DNA of 63,997 nt, filler included, from Octopus bimaculoides (Eukaryota): NCBI RefSeq assembly GCF_001194135.2. It is 10 parts of 10 records of this genome, joined end to end, with 100 filler letters (N's around TTAATTAATTAA, not from the genome) between each part and the next. Parts side by side here need not be neighbours in the genome. Positions count along the whole stretch, not along the records: positions 61,490 to 62,654 come from NW_026367313.1; positions 62,755 to 63,997 come from NW_026315882.1; 8 more parts are not named here. One strand, written 5' to 3'. The position numbers and the translations under genes are program-made. Below, in pieces: positions 61,663 through 63,997 of this stretch. The notes below the pieces were generated by a model. That model worked only from the letters and a program-made list of their open reading frames with translations, had not been told where the DNA came from and searched no databases. Positions within the stretch are counted from its first letter, which is position 1. Every line of letters starts with the position of its first letter.

Positions 61663-62855
61663 CTTGATAATGAAAATTTCCTTCGTAATTATATTTAACG
61701 AAGGAAAAAAATATTTCTAAGATCTTCCATTCAAAGAAATATTGAAATGATGATGATGAAGCGTAGGTAAGATGTATTTCAGAAATATATAAATTGAGAG
61801 ATTCCACAGAGCAGGGGCAAAACATCCAAAGCAGTCCACCACCAATTTTGTTAACCATCCACTTGAGAGGAACAAAATTCCTTAGACATCAACACAGTAA
61901 ACTTATAATATTGTGTGAATGTGTATATATATATATATATATTTATTCACACACATACACATACATTTATACACACACACACACGTATATATATGATCAC
62001 ACACATACATACACATACATATATATATATGCCCACACACATATACATACACATATATATATATATATATCCACACATATACATACACATACATATATAT
62101 GCACACACACATACATACATGTACATATATATATGTATACACACACATATACATACATGTGTGTGTGTGTGTGTGTGTGTGTATACATGTGTACATAAAG
62201 ACATATGCAAGAGGCCATTCAAACAGGCTTGTATATAAACACAATGAACCCCCAGAATTGCATTGAAAACAACAAACTCCAACTGCATGAAGCTACATTC
62301 CAGTTCAACTTGTCCAGACACTTGAAATGGATTAAACACCATTGAGAAATACGGTCCCATGTTTACAAACAATCGCAGAGAAACTGTCTGTGAAATAACT
62401 GGTGAGGAACATACAGTATCTGGTTTGACTCCAAACAGCATTTTGAAATATAAAGTTCTGTTTATTGGAAATAAACACAACAGGGAAGAGGCTTTATAAA
62501 ATATTAAAAAAAGGAGAAAAAAACAGAATTTGAAAAAACAAAAATTATACATTTTTAACAGTAGAGAAATATAGGGTTAAATATGTGGATGTGTTAGTAT
62601 ACATATATATATATATATTTGTGCGTGTATGTATGTGTGTGCACGTGTGTGTGTNNNNNNNNNNNNNNNNNNNNNNNNNNNNNNNNNNNNNNNNNNNNTT
62701 AATTAATTAANNNNNNNNNNNNNNNNNNNNNNNNNNNNNNNNNNNNNNNNNNNNCCGAGGTGGATTCGGTTATACTTTCAGACCTGTGTCGGTGTGGAAT
62801 ATTAATCATCCATGCTTACACGGTTTGCTAGCTTAGTCAAATTTACTACTAGAAT

Positions 62856-62914
62856 ACAGTATTGATGAAGGAAATTGATTATTATCAATCATAATCCAGG
62901 AACGCGTCTACTGT
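62856..62914 (+). ncRNA. Decayed type I hammerhead-like motif
   Basis: Stem I acagta/tactgt (6 bp); core UUGAUGA (C3 to U); A; stem II gga..attgat(tatt)atcaat..tcc; A; GGAA (A13 to G); palindromic ACGCGU stem III; GUC triplet. Confidence 0.55.
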
Positions 62915-63141
62915 TAAACGTCGGAATTGGTTAGTTTTTCATTGTTTTTTCTTCTTGTTTTTACCTTTGTGAGTTACAGGTGATGCTATCTGTAGGATTC
63001 TCAGCTGTTTTAGCTGCTATATATATATATATATATATATATATTTGACAGGAAGGACAACAAAAGAAAGAAAGAGACCTCGATATTATGCACATAGAGG
63101 AATTTATCTGTAAAAATATGTGACACTTATTCAGTAGCCAT

Positions 63142-63202
63142 GATAAAACTCCGAGTTTCGGATGCCAGGGTGGGAGCCCACGCCAACATCTCTTCAGTTA
63201 TC
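63142..63202 (-). ncRNA. Type I hammerhead ribozyme motif (putative)
   Basis: Stem I GAUAA/UUAUC; core CUGAAGA; stem II GAUGUUG../..UGGCAUC plus GUGG/CCAC with one extra C; GAAA; stem III ACU-cgg-AGU; GUU triplet (cut between 63147 and 63146). Confidence 0.72.
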
Positions 63203-63727
63203 CGGGCAATTGAAAATTCCTGTGAAAAATTACCGTCAAAAACAAAGGGAAATTACTGTGTAGTGACAAAACGCGTCTAAAACTGCATATATTATCGCAT
63301 GCACGCATATATCCATATACACACGCACATATCTCTATATACGCATGCACATATCTACTTACGCACGCATCCACGCGCACACTCACAAGCGCGCACATAT
63401 AAAGTTCCTTGTACGTGTCTATAAGCGTACAGGAAACAAGTCTGGAGGGGAGAAAACAGAAAACTATATGTGGAAAAATACAAAAATATTAACCCTATAA
63501 TTATGTAAAAAACATAAAAATAATTAAAAAATATAATAATATAAAAATATAAAATCCAGGTAAAAAAAGTGAAAAGCTTATACATAGACACAATATAGCC
63601 TATCAGTACAGTCCCATCAGCAGGCCCTATCAGTACAAATATTAAAAATTATATAAAAAATATATAAGAAATGTAAGTAATAATTATAGAGAGATACAAA
63701 AATAGAAAGCAAGTCCAATCAGTAAAC

Positions 63728-63952
63728 TCAGGGGGACCAAAAACGTAGCAAATATTTGGTCACATGTGGACATGATCTGAAAAGTTCAGTCTTTGAATTT
63801 AAACATGTGGTAGGGTCCAAGCTGCCTTTCCAGATGAGCCATCTTTCCATATCACATAGACCGCACCTTCCGCTGCTGCTGGTGTAAGGTTTACACTTAG
63901 CTAGGATCTTCCAATGGATGTTGAAACAGATGTTGTACTTGGGGATAGTCAT
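63728..63952 (-). pseudogene. C-terminal fragment of a Penelope-like GIY-YIG endonuclease ORF
   Basis: FNIHWKILAKCKPYTSSSGRCGLCDMERWLI..CLNSKTELFRSCPHVTKYLL fits the W.IL....Y......C.LC..E...I...LN...EL...C.H..K.LL pattern. The frame is broken upstream. Confidence 0.78.
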
Positions 63953-63997
63953 ATTGCCAGTTTAGCCAATAGAAACACACGCACTGTATATTTGGTG

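Larger units (their letters stand above)
63046..63997 (-). mobile_element. 3' portion of a Penelope-like retroelement (ORF end, AT-rich 3' region, pseudo-LTR with hammerhead)
   Basis: GIY-YIG C-terminal signature at 63728-63952, hammerhead at 63142-63202, ending at the (TA)n run at 63017-63043. Confidence 0.75.

Overview
Repeat-saturated, gap-ridden (about 13-14% N) non-coding animal DNA from a draft assembly. The SINE and microsatellite landscape matches what I recognise from octopus genomes; this is an inference, not a database result. I find no confident host protein-coding gene, tRNA/rRNA gene or CRISPR array. Nearly all ORFs in the supplied track are artefacts of microsatellites or N-runs. 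The real coding-like segments are transposon relics: an internally deleted DD37D (maT-type) Tc1/mariner, a TIR-complete deleted mariner, a mariner HTH fragment, an RTE reverse-transcriptase fragment, three 3' ends of restriction-like-endonuclease (R4/Dong-type) LINEs next to (AAT)n tracts, and the C-terminus of a Penelope-like GIY-YIG ORF. There are more than 35 fragments of tRNA-derived SINEs from several families, hAT-type MITEs, SINE-born minisatellites and long foldback repeats. Family labels A-G, P1 and X are my own. The most notable signal is a set of seven hammerhead-ribozyme-like motifs from five sequence families. The best preserved are at 25917-25975 (+), 63142-63202 (-, downstream of the Penelope ORF) and 52279-52318 (+, overlapped by its own antisense arm). 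A candidate recursive splice site at about 22153 and a few unproven exon candidates hint that the window lies inside a very large intron.
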